The notes under the pieces: model-generated
What the model was told of the DNA's origin: nothing
Database searches by the model: none
The model's input: only the letters and a program-made list of their open reading frames with translations
In this document: piece after piece, positions 58,859-64,000 of the stretch
Layout: each line of letters opens with the position of its first letter
Numbering within the stretch: the stretch's first letter is position 1
DNA from: Bugula neritina
Taxonomy: Eukaryota > Animalia > Bryozoa
Assembly (NCBI GenBank): GCA_964035545.1
Contig: OZ037765.1
Coordinates: 8,318,698 to 8,382,697, forward strand
Reading direction: 5' to 3'
Length of the DNA: 64,000 bases
Made by a program: the position numbers and the translations under genes

Positions 58859-60980
58859 TTACACTAATACACTGTTAGTATTATAAAGTTTCTGTAATTC
58901 TGGATCTACTGGTTTCAAAATCTCTCTATCTGCCAAATTAACTATCCATCCTGGCTGTAAACCATAAAATATCTGCAGCTCATTTTTAGACTCCATAGCC
59001 AATTGCTGAACACGATCACACAACTCCGGTATTGAATAGCCATATTTTTGTGCCATCTCAATTTTATCTTTTTCTATTTCTGAAGTATCTGCCAAATACC
59101 CTCGTCCTCTAGCGCCTGAATAGTATTCCAACACATCAACAGTCGGTGTCTTGCAAGTAGGGATTGGCTTACCAAAACCGAAAAACCTAAAATAAAATAC
59201 ATGGTAAAATTTGATGCTACATAAACTAACATTAATGAACCTAAACGCATTTAAGCAATATTTTTTCAACTCCACAGTGTTGAGAAAAACATGAATATTT
59301 TCTGTTTATTTACTAAACTAACTGAATTTTGTGTTGAAATAAACTGCATTTTGTGTTACATGCTACAAGTTTAGGAGATGAGCGAGAAAAAAATATGAAT
59401 AAAAATGAAAACTTACTTGGCGGGGTTTATGGCTGCTGAGAGTGATTTGGGATCATAATATCTAGATCTAACCAGGGAGCCCGACTTCTCAATAGCTGCT
59501 ACTGCTACTTCATCCACCCATTGCACTTCTAGGAAAACCTTCGCATCAAATATATCTGCTCCCTTCAAATAAAAACCATAATAATGGCTACAGAACCGAC
59601 AAAGACAACATTGCAATAAGTATAAATATGTTAAGGTTTTGAGATATTTTCACAGATATTCTAGCACTACACGCTGAGCCAGTTTTCACAGATTTAATTA
59701 GGCTACTCAACACAGGCAGTATACAGAATAGAACCTCGTATAGAGTCACATTTACGGAAGTTTGAGAGATCAAATTTCGAATTTCATTAACAAATGTTCT
59801 CAAATCATTAGGGAGGGTTGCAGTGTGTGCAGAATGTTATTAGCAGTATTACAAGCAAATGCCAAGCCAGGTTTATCTCGCCCTCAAGCATTGTAACTTT
59901 CACGCACTTCAAGTTAGCATTTCACAAATGTTTATTCGTCATTTATATAACACTGTGCGTTGCACCTTAAATATCAACTAAGCCCTAAAGCAACAAGTTG
60001 AAGCCCTGAAATGTTTTCATGATACCAATCAATTTGAGTGCTAACGGTAGGCTCAACTTCCTACTGGAACACACCATTCATTATTTTAATTGAATGGAAA
60101 CTGCAGGTGTTGAAGTGAAAGCTCAAAAAGCAGCAGTTTCTTGCCACAGGTAGGCAGCAGTGGCAACTAATTGAACACATTACCTCATCAGTCAGGTGAA
60201 TGCCATATTGATTGAGCTCCCGATCTACTTTGATTAGTTGAGAGTTACACAAGGCTGTTATGTCTATTGGTCTATTCACGTCTACTCTACCCAAGTCTAT
60301 CATTCTCTGGAGTTGAAGAAGAGAAAGTGGAACATATTCCTTCCTTTGACTATGTTGGCAAGACAATAAAAACATTATCACACCAGAATTACTGAGTTGA
60401 ATATAGAAAGATGATAGCAAACAACTGATAGTAGTAGACAACAGTTAACAGTGATTGTAAACCTGTAAAATAAAACTTTGCATTGAAAAATTGCTCAACA
60501 GAAACAATTTTCAGCCAATAAGATATTTTTAAAAACTAGAGTTTACCAAATAATTCACAAGAGTATTAAATAGGGATACTGCAATAGTCTATCAACCTAA
60601 TGAGTTGCATACCGAGCCCATACTATATAATTACGTTGTCATGTTTGCAGGCCACATCTTTGCCGACAGAGTCCCATTGCCTTAGAGGCGACCCTTTGCA
60701 TAATGTAATCATATTGTGACCCCGTATTATATTTACGCCATAGAAACAGAGATTATAGTCTATAAATGTCAACTGCAGTTGTTATTTACTTGGATATATC
60801 TGGAGATTATCATGAAAGACAGTGCATTGTGTACCTGTGATCTCGATAGTATGGCTCTTTGGGAATTCTGAGATAAAATGGTGTTTGGCCTCCTTCAAAA
60901 CCTAGCCTAGGTAACGTGCCATGTTTCCCTTGACCTCTTGCACCCAAACCTCTTTGACGCTTCAATGTCTTCCGCTTCGC
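58859..60980 (-). CDS. MRPL15: Mitochondrial large ribosomal subunit protein uL15m (5' exon not found in the window)
   Basis: Exons 60980-60835 (GRGQG-like ARGQGKHGTLPRLGFEGGQTPFYLRIPKEPY), 60349-60184 (YVPLSLLQLQRMIDLGRVDVNRPIDITALCN...YGIHLTDE), 59562-59417 (GADIFDAKVFLEVQW...AAIEKSG...YYD), 59186-58859 (GKPIP...EYYSGARGRGYLAD...AQKYGY...QIFYGLQPGWIVNLADREILKP). Confidence 0.93.
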
Positions 60981-63900
60981 CTATAAAGTATGTTTTTATA
61001 CCAGATAATAATCGTGATGGGTAGAAAATAAAGATTTCTCTAAGAAAACCTAGATATATTAATTTAAGTCTAGCCATTTATTTTTTATATTTCCAAAATG
61101 TTCCTTATATAAAGTTTCACTAATAACATAATTTGTTTAATACTGCGCAATTTCTAGCCTGCAACAGAACTCGTTAGTCAATGGTAGCTAACTGCACAAT
61201 TTTCTCATTCATACCATTTCCTGTAGGAACTTTTTTTAGCTAATTAGCATACATCAGTTGTAGAATACTAGAACTAACGAAAAATGAAATGTAGCCGATG
61301 AAAGGAACACATATTAGACAGAACAATAATTTTTAACATATTTTTACAGCATATGTACTGCAGAGGGAGGACAAATTTATACTAACATCAACACAATGTC
61401 TAGGCAGTGTGATGAAAAATTAGCCTGAAGCCAAAAGCACCTGAACTACAAGTACAGGGTCTCTAAGCACTCTTAAGAAATTACAAGCCATCATTCCCAC
61501 ATTTTTATTAGGAGCCACAACGATATTCTCTAATATGCTATGAATTTGAAGAAAAAACTATTCACTAGTTAAAAATGATATTTCAAATTAACATTCAGCA
61601 AAATGCATTCTATTCTGTAAAAGGACTTTTAAAAATTCAAAAACTACAAGAATCTAAATGTCTTACAATAAGTAAATATATATTCTATGAACAGCTATGG
61701 ATTCGTTTCCATGTAAACTATCCGCTTACGCCTACCACTATCGCAATGCTAGTTAACTAGTTTTACTAAATAAGCCCAAAAATATATGCCAAAACAGAAG
61801 AGGGCATTGGTGCTTCATGATTGCTTTATGTAAATATTTTTGTACACCTTTCGCCTTCATACCCTGTATGATCTATATTTGTTTCGTAGTGTACACTACA
61901 CTATGTTGGCTAAAACAGGCAGTGTCAAGCATTTTGATAAAATCAAAATTATTAGCCGCCAGAAAATCTAAAACTTTTGAAACGGTGCAGTTGGCAAAAA
62001 TTAAAAAATCAAATTTAATATAGCATAATGCCACAAGAGGGGGTAGCATAAGCACTAAATAAAATACAGCAATAATATTACCGAACCCATTTATGAACTG
62101 CAGCAAATGATAAATTAATTACTTTCCACAGCAAAATTTAAAAAACTTACCAACACAGTACCTAGATTACCAGAAATACAGATTTGCTTTGAAATATTAT
62201 TTTTAAACACAAAATTTATCAGCAGTTATTAGGATACTGAAAGGTAATAATGTGACAGCTAAAAAATGGATAAAAAATGAAAATGTGTACAAAATGCACT
62301 ACAAACCACAAAAATGTTATTGGAGGCTTACAGCTGGCCACAAAAAATGACAAAAAGTTTTCTCATTTGCATCAAAAAATCATGCAGTGCTTACTTTTTT
62401 TCAATTCAAGCAGAACAGGTAAGAGGAGCCATAAAATTACTTCAAATTTAAATTCTAGTATCTGCAACCAACCTCTGAGGTTAGACATATTTTTTATTAG
62501 AACTGCGTGGAAGTTAAATGGTTAGAACGTACTGAGCCCCAACCAAAATTCATTGCTAGCAGCCCTTAACTATAAAAAGTTACAGCAAACTTGGTTAGCT
62601 AATTTACACCTCAGAAAGGCAATTCTGCTACATTATATCTAGAACACTGAAGACTGAGACCTCACTTACAATAATATTGTCAGGCAAGGGTTACTTTTAT
62701 AATAGCTTTAAGCTTTCTTCATTTAAATTCCTTTAAAGATGCATTAAGTTCACGTTAGTAGCAAGAGGCTTTTAGCAAATGAACCATGGCACTAAATACC
62801 TTTGATTAAATTCAACTTGAGGAAAAGGTGATATTGGCTCATCAAATTACCGTAAGAGAAACAATGTTGCATTTACACACACCACTGCTTACAATATGAA
62901 TGCACCATTACCTCTATTTTATTTAATTGTAAAATTAATAAATATTTTGATCAAAGTAATTTAGTACCTCACGTTAGACTCTATCAGTATACATAGTTAT
63001 TTTATTATTCACAGGTTATAGACAAACGTAGATAAAATAAAATGGTAATTTTTTATATCGAAAGCTTACTATTTGTATTTCATTATATTCAAACATGCTG
63101 CTTTTCACTACCATTATTGCACTAACACCATATTACTATATTGTTTTTTTACACCCCAAACTACTTGTGTTGTTTATAGCATTCACTAACTTGTGAGAAT
63201 AATTTTCAACATGCTGCTGAAAAATTATAAAGTATAGTTTTTTTAAAAGCTATAGCTATAAGGGACACAAAACACAATTCAAGTTAGCAGGTAGCTGTAA
63301 TTGAAATTTGCACTCAATTTATGCTCAAGAAAGGAGAATAATAAGTATACTTATTATGCGGAACACTAAAACTGTTCAATTATGCTTTTCTCACTTTTTA
63401 CTCATCATTTAAATGAGTAAGTGCATGTGATTTCAATAAAAAACTATTTTAGCTGCAATGCTGACATGCATAGAGCGATGGCAAAACGTTAACTCAAGCT
63501 TATTAAATAGATACATGATTCCCAGAGTTGACAATCAATTGTGTTAAAATTGATAAGGTTTTATCTTAGCTTTAAAAAAATTACAGCAACCCTCACTACA
63601 GTGGCACTGACTAAAGATTAATAAATCACAACCTCAATCCCTTGTTGATCACATTTACTAATGCTATGGAATTGAAATGTATTGTGATAACAAAATTCAC
63701 ACATCTCACCATTACTTATAAATATACCAATACTAATTAGTTTGATGCTTAGCCTCTTAATTATAGCTGCTTTTACCTCATTTGAGTCATATACATTGCC
63801 AGTAAGACTGTGAATACAAATCACCTTCCTATGATTTCTAATCTTGGTTGCGTAGCCAAGCCCATAATTATATTAATGGTTTATTGCTTTCATGATTATT

Positions 63901-64000
63901 ATCGTGTTGAAAATTTCACCATGACTATGATTATAGTAGTTTTAAATTGTCATGAAGATGGATCTTTATTTAGATTATTTATTAATTTCAACTCATTTAG

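Noticed and set aside
61000-64000. Search for the MRPL15 first coding exon and for intronic snoRNA or tRNA genes
   Set aside because: No exon resembling the expected N-terminus and no paired C/D boxes or cloverleaf seen; a covariance-model search (Infernal/Rfam, tRNAscan-SE) would be needed to exclude RNA genes.

Overview
AT-rich, CpG-poor, intron-rich animal (invertebrate-like) genomic DNA; the species cannot be determined from sequence alone. It is eukaryotic, so most short ORFs in the supplied track are spurious and the real genes had to be spliced by hand at GT-AG sites. Seven genes alternate strand: CCDC33-like (-, runs off the left end), TPST (+), HGSNAT (-), a selenocysteine GPX4/PHGPx (+; in-frame TGA at 21932-21934 and a type II SECIS at about 24490-24564, missed by the ORF track), THOC3 (-), turtle/IGSF9 (+; 5 Ig, 2 FN3, TM, long tail) and MRPL15 (-, first exon not found in the window). 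Non-autonomous DNA transposons include an 848-bp foldback element with a 9-bp TSD (Mutator-like), a TAA-flanked Harbinger-like MITE just upstream of the TPST start, and a Mutator-like element carrying a (TA)n tract in THOC3 intron 1. There are also several mini- and microsatellites. No novel system is proven. The best leads are (i) several alternative N-termini for the Sec-GPX4, including a membrane-anchor type and an MSCCG di-cysteine type, (ii) strand-oriented 6-bp-periodic tracts near gene 5' ends, (iii) likely antisense 3'UTR overlaps at all three tail-to-tail junctions, one of which would cover the SECIS, and (iv) a CCDC33 form apparently lacking its C2 domains. Coordinates were counted by hand and may be off by a few bases.
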